Shown here piece after piece: positions 27,991 through 43,649 of a stretch of DNA of 64,000 nt; positions within the stretch are counted from its first letter, which is position 1, and every line of letters starts with the position of its first letter. A program made the translations under genes and the position numbers. Origin of the DNA: Eledone cirrhosa (lineage: Eukaryota); contig OZ024763.1 in the NCBI GenBank assembly GCA_964016885.1, positions 26,102,001 through 26,166,000 on the forward strand, written 5' to 3'. Under the pieces are notes generated by a model, which worked only from the letters and a program-made list of their open reading frames with translations, searched no databases and was not told the origin of the DNA.

Positions 27991-30900
27991 TATCCTTGAA
28001 CAAGACACTTTATTTCACGTTGCTCCATCCACTGTATACTTGAGCAAGACACTTTATTTTACATTGTTCCAGTCTACTGTCATTGAGCAAGACACTTTAT
28101 TTCACGTTGTTCCACTCCACTGTATCCTTGAGCAAGACACTTTATTTCACGTTGCTCCATCCACTGTATCCTTGAGCAAGACTTTATTTCACGTTGCTCC
28201 AGTCTACTGTGTCCTTGAGCAAGACACTTTATTACACGTTGCTCCATCCACTGTATCCTTGTGCAAGACACTTTATTTCACGTTGCTCCATCCACTGTAT
28301 CCTTGAGCAAGACACTTTATTTCACGTTGCTCCATCCACTGTATCCTTGAGCAAGACACTTTATTTCACGTTGCTCCATCCACTGTATCCTTGAGCAAGA
28401 CTTTATTTCACGTTGCTCCAGTCTACTGTGTCCTTGAGCAAGACACTTTATTTCACATTGCTCCAGTCTACTGTATCCTTGAACAAGACACTTTATTACA
28501 CGTTGCTCCATCCACTGTATCCTTGAGCAAGACACTTTATTACACGTTGCTCCAGTCCACTGTATCCTTGAGCAAGACACTTTATTACACGTTGCTCCAG
28601 TCCACTGTAACCTTGAACAAGACACTTTATTACACGTTGCTCCATCCACTGTATCCTTGAACAAGACACTTTATTACACGTTGCTCCAGTCCACTGTATC
28701 CTTGAACAAGACACTTTATTTCACGTTGTTCCAGTCCACTGTATCCTTGAACAAGACACTTTATTACACGTTGCTCCATCCACTGTATCCTTGAACAAGA
28801 CACTTTATTTCACGTTGTTCCAGTCCACTGTATCCTTGAACAAGACACTTTATTACACGTTGCTCCATCCACTGTATCCTTGAGCAAGACACTTTATTTC
28901 ACGTTGTTCCAGTCCACTGTATCCTTGAACAAGACACTTTATTACACGTTGCTCCATCCACTGTATCCTTGAGCAAGACACTTTATTACACGTTGCTCCA
29001 TCCACTGTATCCTTGAACAAGACACTTTATTTCACGTTGTTCCAGTCCACTGTATCCTTGAACAAGACACTTTATTACACGTTGCTCCATCCACTGTATC
29101 CTTGAACAAGACACTTTATTTCACGTTGTTCCAGTCCACTCTATCCTTGAACAAGACACTTTATTACACGTTGCTCCATCCACTGTATCCTTGAGCAAGA
29201 CACTTTATTACACGTTGTTCCAGTCCACTGTAACCTTGAACAAGACACTTTATTTCACGTTGCTCCATCCAGTGTATCCTTGAGCAAGACACTTTATTAC
29301 ACGTTGTTCCAGTCCACTGTAACCTTGAACAAGACACTTTATTTCACGTTGCTCCATCCACTGTTTCCTTGAGCAAGACACTTTATTTCACGTTGTTCCA
29401 GTCCACTGTATCCTTGAACAAGACACTTTATTACACGTTGCTCCATCCACTGTATCCTTGAGCAAGACACTTTATTTCACGTTGTTCCAGTCCACTGTAT
29501 CCTTGAACAAGACACTTTATTTCACGTTGTTCCAGTCCACTGTAACCTTGAACAAGACACTTTATTTCACGTTGCTCCAGTCCACTGTATCCTTGAGCAA
29601 GACACTTTATTTCACGTTGTTCCAGTCCACTGTATCCTTGAACAAGACACTTTATTTCACGTTGCTCCATCCACTGTATCCTTGAACAAGACACTTTATT
29701 TCACGTTGCTCCATCCACTGTATCCTTGAACAAGACACTTTATTACACGTTGCTCCATCCACTGTATCCTTGAGCAAGACACTTTATTACACGTTGCTCC
29801 ATCCACTGTATCCTTGAGCAAGACACTTTATTACACGTTGCTCCATCCACTGTATCCTTGAGCAAGACACTTTATTTCACGTTGCTCCATCCACTGTATC
29901 CTTGAGCAAGACACTTTATTACACGTTGCTCCATCCACTGTATCCTTGAACAAGACACTTTATTACACGTTGCTCCATCCACTGTATCCTTGAACAAGAC
30001 ACTTTATTACACGTTGCTCCATCCACTGTATCCTTGAGCAAGACACTTTATTACACGTTGCTCCATCCACTGTATCCTTGAGCAAGACACTTTATTTCAC
30101 GTTGTTCCAGTCCACTGTATCCTTGAACAAGACACTTTATTACACGTTGCTCCAGTCCACTGTATCCTTGAACAAGACACTTTATTACACGTTGCTCCAG
30201 TCCACTGTATCCTTGAACAAGACACTTTATTACACGTTGCTCCATCCATTGTATCCTTGAGCAAGACACTTTATTTCACGTTGTTCCAGTCCACTGTATC
30301 CTTGAACAAGACACTTTATTACACGTTGCTCCATCCACTGTATCCTTGAGCAAGACACTTTATTTCACGTTGTTCCAGTCCACTGTATCCTTGAGCAAGA
30401 CACTTTATTACACGTTGCTCCATCCACTGTATCCTTGAGCAAGACACTTTATTACACGTTGCTCCATCCACTGTATCCTTGAGCAAGACACTTTATTTCA
30501 CGTTGTTCCAGTCCACTGTATCCTTGAACAAGACACTTTATTACACGTTGCTCCATCCACTGTATCCTTGAGCAAGACACTTTATTACACGTTGCTCCAT
30601 CCACTGTATCCTTGAGCAAGACACTTTATTTCACGTTGTTCCAGTCCACTGTATCCTTGAGCAAGACACTTTATTACACGTTGCTCCATCCACTGTATCC
30701 TTGAACAAGACACTTTATTACACGTTGCTCCAGTCCACTGTATCCTTGAACAAGACACTTTATTACACGTTGCTCCCAGTCCACTGTATCCTTGAACAAG
30801 ACACTTTATTACACGTTGCTCCAGTCCACTGTATCCTTGAACAAGACACTTTATTACACGTTGCACCATCCACTGTATCCTTGAGCAAGACACTTTATTT

Positions 30901-33900
30901 CACGTTGTTCCAGTCCACTGTATCCTTGAACAAGACACTTTATTACACGTTGCTCCAGTCCACTGTATCCTTGAACAAGACACTTTATTACACGTTGCTC
31001 CATCCACTGTATCCTTGAGCAAGACACTTTATTTCACGTTGTTCCAGTCCACTGTATCCTTGAGCAAGACACTTTATTACACGTTGCTCCAGTCCACTGT
31101 ATCCTTGAACAAGACACTTTATTACACGTTGCTCCATCCACTGTATCCTTGAGCAAGACACTTTATTTCACGTTGTTCCAGTCCACTGTATCCTTGAGCA
31201 AGACACTTTATTACACGTTGCTCCAGTCCACTGTATCCTTGAACAAGACACTTTATTACACGTTGCTCCATCCACTGTATCCTTGAGCAAGACACTTTAT
31301 TTCACGTTGTTCCAGTCCACTGTATCCTTGAGCAAGACACTTTATTACACGTTGCTCCATCCACTGTATCCTTGAGCAAGACACTTTATTACACGTTGCT
31401 CCATCCACTGTATCCTTGAGCAAGACACTTTATTTCACGTTGTTCCAGTCCACTGTATCCTTGAGCAAGACACTTTATTACACGTTGCTCCATCCACTGT
31501 ATCCTTGAGCAAGACACTTTATTACACGTTGCTCCATCCACTGTATCCTTGAGCAAGACACTTTATTTCACATTGCTCCAGTCTACTGTATCCTTGAACA
31601 AGACACTTTATTACACGTTGCTCCATCCACTGTATCCTTGAGCAAGACACTTTATTACACGTTGCTCCATCCACTGTATCCTTGAACAAGACACTTTATT
31701 TCACGTTGCTCCATCCACTGTATCCTTGAGCAAGACACTTTATTACACGTTGCTCCATCCACTGTATCCTTGAGCAAGACACTTTATTACACGTTGCTCC
31801 ATCCACTGTATCCTTGAGCAAGACACTTTATTACACGTTGCTCCATCCACTGTATCCTTGAACAAGACACTTTATTTCACGTTGCTCCATCCACTGTATC
31901 CTTGAACAAGACACTTTATTACACGTTGCTCCATCCACTGTATCCTTGAGCAAGACACTTTATTACACGTTGCTCCATCCACTGTATCCTTGAACAAGAC
32001 ACTTTATTTCACGTTGTTCCAGTCCACTGTATCCTTGAACAAGACACTTTATTACACGTTGTTCCAGTCCACTGTATCCTTGAACAAGACAATTTATTTC
32101 ACGTTGTTCCAGTCCACTGTATCCTTGAACAAGACACTTTATTACACGTTGCTCCATCCACTGTATCCTTGAACAAGACACTTTATTTCACGTTGTTCCA
32201 GTCCACTGTATCCTTGAACAAGACACTTTATTACACGTTGCTCCATCCACTGTATCCTTGAGCAAGACACTTTATTTCACGTTGTTCCAGTCCACTGTAT
32301 CCTTGAACAAGACACTTTATTACACGTTGTTCCAGTCCACTGTATCCTTGAACAAGACAATTTATTTCACGTTGTTCCAGTCCACTGTATCCTTGAACAA
32401 GACACTTTATTACACGTTGCTCCATCCACTGTATCCTTGAGCAAGACACTTTATTTCACGTTGTTCCAGTCCACTGTATCCTTGAACAAGACACTTTATT
32501 TCACGTTGTTCCAGTCCACTGTATCCTTGAACAAGACACTTTATTACACGTTGCTCCATCCACTGTATCCTTGAGCAAGACACTTTATTTCACGTTGTTC
32601 CAGTCCACTGTATCCTTGAACAAGACACTTTATTACACGTTGTTCCATCCACTGTATCCTTGAGCAAGACACTTTATTTCACGTTGTTCCAGTCCACTGT
32701 ATCCTTGAACAAGACACTTTATTACACGTTGCTCCATCCACTGTATCCTTGAGCAAGACACTTTATTACACGTTGCTCCATCCACTGTATCCTTGAACAA
32801 GACACTTTATTTCACGTTGTTCCAGTCCACTGTATCCTTGAACAAGACACTTTATTACACGTTGCTCCATCCACTGTATCCTTGAACAAGACACTTTATT
32901 TCACGTTGTTCCAGTCCACTGTAACCTTGAACAAGACACTTTATTTCACGTTGCTCCAGTCCACTGTATCCTTGAGCAAGACACTTTATTTCACGTTGTT
33001 CCAGTCCACTGTATCCTTGAACAAGACACTTTATTTCACGTTGCTCCATCCACTGTATCCTTGAACAAGACACTTTATTTCACGTTGCTCCATCCACTGT
33101 ATCCTTGAACAAGACACTTTATTACACGTTGCTCCATCCACTGTATCCTTGAACAAGACACTTTATTACACGTTGCTCCATCCACTGTATCCTTGAGCAA
33201 GACACTTTATTACACGTTGCTCCATCCACTGTATCCTTGAGCAAGACACTTTATTTCACGTTGCTCCATCCACTGTATCCTTGAGCAAGACACTTTATTA
33301 CACGTTGCTCCATCCACTGTATCCTTGAACAAGACACTTTATTACACGTTGCTCCATCCACTGTATCCTTGAGCAAGACACTTTATTACACGTTGCTCCA
33401 TCCACTGTATCCTTGAGCAAGACACTTTATTTCACGTTGTTCCAGTCCACTGTATCCTTGAACAAGACACTTTATTACACGTTGCTCCAGTCCACTGTAT
33501 CCTTGAACAAGACACTTTATTACACGTTGCTCCAGTCCACTGTATCCTTGAACAAGACACTTTATTACACGTTGCTCCATCCACTGTATCCTTGAGCAAG
33601 ACACTTTATTTCACGTTGTTCCAGTCCACTGTATCCTTGAACAAGACACTTTATTACACGTTGCTCCATCCACTGTATCCTTGAGCAAGACACTTTATTT
33701 CACGTTGTTCCAGTCCACTGTATCCTTGAGCAAGACACTTTATTACACGTTGCTCCATCCACTGTATCCTTGAGCAAGACACTTTATTACACGTTGCTCC
33801 ATCCACTGTATCCTTGAGCAAGACACTTTATTTCACGTTGTTCCAGTCCACTGTATCCTTGAACAAGACACTTTATTACACGTTGCTCCATCCACTGTAT

Positions 33901-36900
33901 CCTTGAGCAAGACACTTTATTTCACGTTGTTCCAGTCCACTGTATCCTTGAGCAAGACACTTTATTACACGTTGCTCCATCCACTGTATCCTTGAACAAG
34001 ACACTTTATTACACGTTGCTCCAGTCCACTGTATCCTTGAACAAGACACTTTATTACACGTTGCTCCAGTCCACTGTATCCTTGAACAAGACACTTTATT
34101 ACACGTTGCTCCAGTCCACTGTATCCTTGAACAAGACACTTTATTACACGTTGCACCATCCACTGTATCCTTGAGCAAGACACTTTATTTCACGTTGTTC
34201 CAGTCCAGTGTATCCTTGAACAAGACACTTTATTTCACGTTGTTCCAGTCCACTGTATCCTTGAACAAGACACTTTATTACACGTTGCTCCATCCACTGC
34301 ACCCTTGAGCAAGACACTTTATTACACGTTGCTCCATCCACTGTATCCTTGAGCAAGACACTTTATTTCACGTTGTTCCAGTCCACTGTATCCTTGAACA
34401 AGACACTTTATTACACGTTGCTCCAGTCCACTGTATCCTTGAACAAGACACTTTATTACACGTTGCTCCAGTCCACTGTATCCTTGAACAAGACACTTTA
34501 TTACACGTTGCTCCATCCACTGTATCCTTGAGCAAGACACTTTATTTCACGTTGTTCCAGTCCACTGTATCCTTGAACAAGACACTTTATTACACGTTGC
34601 TCCATCCACTGTATCCTTGAGCAAGACACTTTATGTCACGTTGTTCCAGTCCACTGTATCCTTGAGCAAGACACTTTATTACACGTTGCTCCATCCACTG
34701 TATCCTTGAGCAAGACACTTTATTACACGTTGCTCCATCCACTGTATCCTTGAGCAAGACACTTTATTACACGTTGCTCCATCCACTGTATCCTTGAACA
34801 AGACACTTTATTACACGTTGCTCCATCCACTGTATCCTTGAACAAGACACTTTATTACACGTTGCACCATCCACTGTATCCTTGAACAAGACACTTTATT
34901 TCACGTTGCTCCAGTCCACTGTATCCTTGAACAAGACACTTTATTACACGTTGCTCCAGTCCACTGTATCCTTGAACAAGACACTTTATTACACGTTGCT
35001 CCAGTCCACTGTATCCTTGAACAAGACACTTTATTACACGTTGCACCATCCACTGTATCCTTGAGCAAGACACTTTATTTCACGTTGTTCCAGTCCACTG
35101 TATCCTTGAACAAGACACTTTATTTCACGTTGTTCCAGTCCACTGTATCCTTGAACAAGACACTTTATTACACGTTGCTCCATCCACTGCACCCTTGAGC
35201 AAGACACTTTATTTCACGTTGTTCCAGTCCACTGTATCCTTGAGCAAGACACTTTATTACACGTGTCTCCATCCACTGTATCCTTGAGCAAGACACTTTA
35301 TTTCACGTTGTTCCAGTCCACTGTATCCTTGAACAAGACACTTTATTACACGTTGCTCCAGTCCACTGTATCCTTGAACAAGACACTTTATTACACGTTG
35401 CTCCATCCACTGTATCCTTGAACAAGACACTTTATTACACGTTGCTCCAGTCCACTGTATCCTTGAACAAGACACTTTATTTCACGTTGTTCCAGTCCAC
35501 TGTATCCTTGAACAAGACACTTTATTACACGTTGCTCCATCCACTGTATCCTTGAACAAGACACTTTATTACACGTTGCTCCATCCACTGTATCCTTGAA
35601 CAAGACACTTTATTTCACGTTGTTCCAGTCCACTGTATCCTTGAACAAGACACTTTATTACACGTTGCTCCATCCACTGTATCCTTGAACAAGACACTTT
35701 ATTACACGTTGCTCCAGTCCACTGTATCCTTGAACAAGACACTTTATTACACGTTGCTCCAGTCCACTGTATCCTTGAGCAAGACACTTTATTTCACGTT
35801 GCTCCATCCACTGTATCCTTGAACAAGACACTTTATTACACGTTGCTCCAGTCCACTGTATCCTTGAACAAGACACTTTATTACACGTTGCTCCAGTCCA
35901 CTGTATCCTTGAGCAAGACACTTTATTACACGTTGCTCCAGTCCACTGTATCCTTGAGCAAGACACTTTATTTCACGTCGCTCCATCCACTGTATCCTTG
36001 AACAAGACACTTTATTACACGTTGCTCCAGTCCACTGTATCCTTGAACAAGACACTTTATTTCACGTTGTTCCAGTCCACTGTATCCTTGAGCAAGACAC
36101 TTTATTACACGTTGCTCCATCCACTGTATCCTTGAGCAAGACACTTTATTTCACGTTGTTCCAGTCCACTGTATCCTTGAACAAGACACTTTATTACACG
36201 TTGCTCCATCCACTGTATCCTTGAACAAGACACTTTATTACACGTTGCTCCATCCACTGTATCCTTGAGCAAGACACTTTATTTCACGTTGTTCCAGTCC
36301 ACTGTATCCTTGAGCAAGACACTTTATTACACGTTGCTCCATCCACTGTATCCTTGAGCAAGACACTTTATTTCACGTTGTTCCAGTCCACTGTATCCTT
36401 GAACAAGACACTTTATTACACGTTGCTCCATCCACTGTATCCTTGAACAAGACACTTTATTACACGTTGCTCCATCCACTGTATCCTTGAGCAAGACACT
36501 TTATTTCACGTTGTTCCAGTCCACTGTATCCTTGAGCAAGACACTTTATTACACGTTGCTCCATCCACTGTATCCTTGAGCAAGACACTTTATTTCACGT
36601 TGTTCCAGTCCACTGTATCCTTGAACAAGACACTTTATTTCACGTTGCTCCATCCACTGTATCCTTGAGCAAGACACTTTATTTCACGTTGTTCCAGTCC
36701 ACTGTATCCTTGAACAAGACACTTTATTACACGTTGCTCCATCCACTGTATCCTTGAGCAAGACACTTTATTTCACGTTGTTCCATCCACTGTATCCTTG
36801 AGCAAGACACTTTATTTCACGTTGTTCCAGTCCACTGTATCCTTGAAAAAGACACTTTATTACACGTTGCTCCATCCACTGTATCCTTGAACAAGACACT

Positions 36901-38389
36901 TTATTACACGTTGCTCCAGTCCACTGTATCCTTGAACAAGACACTTTATTACACGTTGCTCCAGTCCACTGTATCCTTGAGCAAGACACTTTATTTCACG
37001 TTGCTCCATCCACTGTATCCTTGAACAAGACACTTTATTACACGTTGCTCCAGTCCACTGTATCCTTGAACAAGACACTTTATTACACGTTGCTCCATCC
37101 ACTGTATCCTTGAGCAAGACACTTTATTACACGTTGCTCCAGTCCACTGTATCCTTGAGCAAGACACTTTATTTCACGTCGCTCCATCCACTGTATCCTT
37201 GAACAAGACACTTTATTACACGTTGCTCCAGTCCACTGTATCCTTGAACAAGACACTTTATTTCACGTTGTTCCAGTCCACTGTATCCTTGAGCAAGAAA
37301 CTTTATTACACGTTGCTCCATCCACTGTATCCTTGAGCAAGACACTTTATTTCACGTTGTTCCAGTCCACTGTATCCTTGAACAAGACACTTTATTACAC
37401 GTTGCTCCATCCACTGTATCCTTGAGCAAGACACTTTATTTCACGTTGTTCCAGTCCACTGTATCCTTGAACAAGACACTTTATTACACGTTGCTCCATC
37501 CACTGTATCCTTGAGCAAGACACTTTATTTCACGTTGTTCCATCCACTGTATCCTTGAGCAAGACACTTTATTTCACGTTGTTCCAGTCCACTGTATCCT
37601 TGAACAAGACACTTTATTACACGTTGCTCCATCCACTGTATCCTTGAACAAGACACTTTATTTCACGTTGTTCCATCCACTGTATCCTTGAGCAAGACAC
37701 TTTATTACACGTTGCTCCATCCACTGTATCCTTGAACAAGACACTTTATTTCACGTTGCTCCATCCACTGTATCCTTGAACAAGACACTTTATTACACGT
37801 TGTTCCAGTCCACTGTATCCTTGAACAAGACACTTTATTACACGTTGTTCCAGTCCACTGTATCCTTGAACAAGACACTTTATTACACGTTGTTCCAGTC
37901 CACTGTATCCTTGAACAAGACACTTTATTACACGTTGTTCCAGTCCACTGTATCCTTGAACAAGACACTTTATTACACGTTGTTCCAGTCCACTGTATCC
38001 TTGAGCAAGACACTTTATTACACGTTGCTCCATCCACTGTATCCTTGAACAAGACACTTTATTTCACGTTGCTCCATCCACTGTATCCTTGAACAAGACA
38101 CTTTATTACACGTTGTTCCAGTCCACTGTATCCTTGAACAAGACACTTTATTACACGTTGTTCCAGTCCACTGTATCCTTGAGCAAGACACTTTATTACA
38201 CGTTGCTCCATCCACTGTATCCTTGAACAAGACACTTTATTACACGTTGTTCCAGTCCACTGTATCCTTGAGCAAGACACTTTATTACACGTTGCTCCAT
38301 CCACTGTATCCTTGAGCAAGACACTTTATTTCACGTTGTTCCAGTCCACTGTATCCTTGAACAAGACACTTTATTTCACGTTGCTCCAT

Positions 38390-41300
38390 CCACTGTATCC
38401 TTGAACAATACACTTTATTTCACGTTGCTCCATCCACTGTATCCTTGAACAAGACACTTTATTTCACGTTGCTCCATCCACTGTATCCTTGAACAATACA
38501 CTTTATTTCACGTTGCTCCATCCACTGTATCCTTGAACAAGACACTTTATTTCACGTTGCTCCATCCACTGTATCCTTGAACAAGACACTTTATTTCACG
38601 TTGTTCCATCCACTGTATCCTTGAACAATACACTTTATTTCACGTTGCTCCATCCACTGTATCCTTGAACAAGACACTTTATTTCACGTTGCTCCATCCA
38701 CTGTATCCTTGAACAAGACACTTTATTTCACGTTGTTCCATCCACTGTATCCTTGAACAATACACTTTATTTCACGTTGCTCCATCCACTGTATCCTTGA
38801 ACAAGACACTTTATTTCACGTTGCTCCATCCACTGTATCCTTGAACAATACACTTTATTTCACGTTGCTCCATCCACTGTATCCTTGAACAAGACACTTT
38901 ATTTCACGTTGCTCCATCCACTGTATCCTTGAACAATACACTTTATTTCACGTTGCTCCATCCACTGTATCCTTGAACAAGACACTTTATTTCACGTTGC
39001 TCCATCCACTGTATCCTTGAACAAGACACTTTATTTCACGTTGTTCCATCCACTGTATCCTTGAACAATACACTTTATTTCACGTTGCTCCATCCACTGT
39101 ATCCTTGAACAATACACTTTATTTCACGTTGCTCCATCCACTGTATCCTTGAACAAGACACTTTATTTCACGTTGCTCCATCCACTGTATCCTTGAACAA
39201 TACACTTTATTTCACGTTGCTCCATCCACTGTATCCTTGAACAAGACACTTTATTTCACGTTGCTCCATCCACTGTATCCTTGAACAAGACACTTTATTT
39301 CACGTTGCTCCATCCACTGTATCCTTGAACAATACACTTTATTTCACGTTGCTCCATCCACTGTATCCTTGAACAAGACACTTTATTACACGTTGCTCCA
39401 TCCACTGTATCCTTGAACAAGACACTTTATTTCACGTTGTTCCATCCACTGTATCCTTGAACAAGACACTTTATTTCACGTTGCTCCATCCACTGTATCC
39501 TTGAACAAGACACTTTATTTCACGTTGCTCCATCCACTGTATCCTTGAACAAGACACTTTATTACACGTTGCTCCATCCACTGTATCCTTGAACAAGACA
39601 CTTTATTACACGTTGCTCCATCCACTGTATCCTTGAACAAGACACTTTATTACACGTTGCTCCATCCACTGTATCCTTGAACAAGACACTTTATTACACG
39701 TTGCTCCATCCACTGTATCCTTGAACAAGACACTTTATTTCACGTTGCTCCATCCACTGTATCCTTGAACAAGACACTTTATTACACGTTGCTCCATCCA
39801 CTGTATCCTTGAACAAGACACTTTATTACACGTTGTTCCAGTCCACTGTATCCTTGAGCAATACACTTTATTTCACGTTGCTCCATCCACTGTATCCTTG
39901 AACAAGACACTTTATTTCACGTTGCTCCATCCACTGTATCCTTGAACAATACACTTTATTTCACGTTGCTCCATCCACTGTATCCTTGAACAAGACACTT
40001 TATTTCACGTTGCTCCAGTCCACTGTATCCTTGAACAAGACACTTTATTTCACGTTGCTCCATCCACTGTATCCTTGAACAAGACACTTTATTTCACGTT
40101 GCTCCAGTCCACTGTATCCTTGAACAATACACTTTATTTCACGTTGCTCCATCCACTGTATCCTTGAACAAGACACTTTATTTCACGTTGCTCCAGTCCA
40201 CTGTATCCTTGAACAAGACACTTTATTTCACGTTGTTCCATCCACTGTATCCTTGAACAAGACACTTTATTTCACGTTGCTCCATCCACTGTATCCTTGA
40301 GCAAGACACTTTATTTCACGTTGCTCCATCCACTGTATCCTTGAACAAGACACTTTATTTCACGTTGCTCCATCCACTGTATCCTTGAACAAGACACTTT
40401 ATTTCACGTTGTTCCATCCACTGTATCCTTGAACAAGACACTTTATTTCACGTTGCTCCATCCACTGTATCCTTGAGCAAGACACTTTATTTCACGTTGC
40501 TCCATCCACTGTATCCTTGAACAAGACACTTTATTTCACGTTGCTCCATCCACTGTATCCTTGAACAAGACACTTTATTTCACGTTGCTCCATCCACTGT
40601 ATCCTTGAACAAGACACTTTATTTCACGTTGCTCCATCCACTGTATCCTTGAACAAGACACTTTATTTCACGTTGCTCCATCCACTGTATCCTTGAACAA
40701 GACACTTTATTTCACGTTGTTCCATCCACTGTATCCTTGAACAAGACACTTTATTTCACGTTGCTCCATCCACTGTATCCTTGAGCAAGACACTTTATTT
40801 CACGTTGCTCCATCCACTGTATCCTTGAACAAGACACTTTATTTCACGTTGCTCCATCCACTGTATCCTTGAACAAGACACTTTATTTCACGTTGCTCCA
40901 TCCACTGTATCCTTGAACAAGACACTTTATTTCACGTTGTTCCATCCACTGTATCCTTGAACAAGACACTTTATTTCACGTTGCTCCATCCACTGTATCC
41001 TTGAACAAGACACTTTATTTCACGTTGCTCCATCCACTGTATCCTTGAACAAGACACTTTATTTCACGTTGTTCCATCCACTGTATCCTTGAACAAGACA
41101 CTTTATTTCACGTTGCTCCATCCACTGTATCCTTGAACAAGACACTTTATTACACGTTGCTCCATCCACTGTATCCTTGAGCAAGACACTTTATTTCACG
41201 TTGCTCCATCCACTGTATCCTTGAACAAGACACTTTATTTCACGTTGCTCCATCCACTGTATCCTTGAACAAGACACTTTATTTCACGTTGCTCCATCCA

Positions 41301-42110
41301 CTGTATCCTTGAACAAGACACTTTATTTCACGTTGCTCCATCCACTGTATCCTTGAACAAGACACTTTATTTCACGTTGTTCCATCCACTGTATCCTTGA
41401 ACAAGACACTTTATTTCACGTTGCTCCATCCACTGTATCCTTGAGCAAGACACTTTATTTCACGTTGCTCCATCCACTGTATCCTTGAACAAGACACTTT
41501 ATTTCACGTTGCTCCATCCACTGTATCCTTGAACAAGACACTTTATTTCACGTTGCTCCATCCACTGTATCCTTGAACAATACACTTTATTTCACGTTGC
41601 TCCATCCACTGTATCCTTGAACAAGACACTTTATTTCACGTTGTTCCATCCACTGTATCCTTGAACAAGACACTTTATTTCACGTTGCTCCATCCACTGT
41701 ATCCTTGAGCAAGACACTTTATTTCACGTTGCTCCATCCACTGTATCCTTGAACAAGACACTTTATTTCACGTTGCTCCATCCACTGTATCCTTGAACAA
41801 GACACTTTATTTCACGTTGCTCCATCCACTGTATCCTTGAACAATACACTTTATTTCACGTTGCTCCATCCACTGTATCCTTGAACAAGACACTTTATTA
41901 CACGTTGCTCCATCCACTGTATCCTTGAACAAGACACTTTATTTCACGTTGTTCCATCCACTGTATCCTTGAACAAGACACTTTATTTCACGTTGCTCCA
42001 TCCACTGTATCCTTGAACAAGACACTTTATTTCACGTTGCTCCATCCACTGTATCCTTGAACAAGACACTTTATTACACGTTGCTCCATCCACTGTATCC
42101 TTGAACAAGA
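38390..42110 (+). repeat. Near-homogeneous 44-bp monomer domain marked by the AACAATACAC variant
   Basis: Almost every monomer lacks the G of CCAGTCC (exceptions near 39840-40200). The AAGAC-to-AATAC variant appears from 38405 to about 41850, with one outlier near 43394. The ORF track is empty from 38320 to 43983, as expected when 44-mers keep shifting the frame. Confidence 0.9.
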
Positions 42111-43649
42111 CACTTTATTACACGTTGTTCCAGTCCACTGTATCCTTGAGCAAGACACTTTATTTCACGTTGCTCCATCCACTGTATCCTTGAGCAAGAC
42201 ACTTTATTTCACGTTGTTCCATCCACTGTATCCTTGAGCAAGACACTTTATTTCACGTTGTTCCAGTCCACTGTATCCTTGAACAAGACACTTTATTACA
42301 CGTTGCTCCATCCACTGTATCCTTGAGCAAGACACTTTATGTCACGTTGTTCCAGTCCACTGTATCCTTGAACAAGACACTTTATTACACGTTGCTCCAT
42401 CCACTGTATCCTTGAACAAGACACTTTATTACACGTTGCTCCATCCACTGTATCCTTGAACAAGACACTTTATTTCACGTTGTTCCATCCACTGTATCCT
42501 TGAGCAAGACACTTTATTTCACGTTGTTCCAGTCCACTGTATCCTTGAGCAAGACACTTTATTACACGTTGCTCCATCCACTGTATCCTTGAGCAAGACA
42601 CTTTATTTCACGTTGTTCCAGTCCACTGTATCCTTGAACAAGACACTTTATTTCACGTTGCTCCATCCACTGTATCCTTGAGCAAGACACTTTATTTCAC
42701 GTTGTTCCATCCACTGTATCCTTGAGCAAGACACTTTATTTCACGTTGTTCCAGTCCACTGTATCCTTGAACAAGACACTTTATTACACGTTGCTCCATC
42801 CACTGTATCCTTGAGCAAGACACTTTATTTCACGTTGTTCCAGTCCACTGTATCCTTGAACAAGACACTTTATTACACGTTGCTCCATCCACTGTATCCT
42901 TGAACAAGACACTTTATTACACGTTGCTCCATCCACTGTATCCTTGAACAAGACACTTTATTTCACGTTGTTCCATCCACTGTATCCTTGAGCATGACAC
43001 TTTATTTCACGTTGTTCCAGTCCACTGTATCCTTGAGCAAGACACTTTATTACACGTTGCTCCATCCACTGTATCCTTGAGCAAGACACTTTATTTCACG
43101 TTGTTCCAGTCCACTGTATCCTTGAACAAGACACTTTATTACACGTTGTTCCAGTCCACTGTATCCTTGAACAAGACACTTTATTACACGTTGCTCCATC
43201 CACTGTATCCTTGAGCAAGACACTTTATTTCACGTTGTTCCAGTCCACTGTATCCTTGAACAAGACACTTTATTACACGTTGCTCCATCCACTGTATCCT
43301 TGAGCAAGACACTTTATTTCACGTTGTTCCAGTCCACTGTATCCTTGAACAAGACACTTTATTTCACGTTGCTCCATCCACTGTATCCTTGAACAATACA
43401 CTTTATTTCACGTTGTTCCAGTCCACTGTATCCTTGAACAAGACACTTTATTACACGTTGCTCCATCCACTGTATCCTTGAACAAGACACTTTATTTCAC
43501 GTTGTTCCATCCACTGTATCCTTGAGCAAGACACTTTATTTCACGTTGTTCCAGTCCACTGTATCCTTGAGCAAGACACTTTATTACACGTTGCTCCATC
43601 CACTGTATCCTTGAGCAAGACACTTTATTTCACGTTGTTCCAGTCCACT

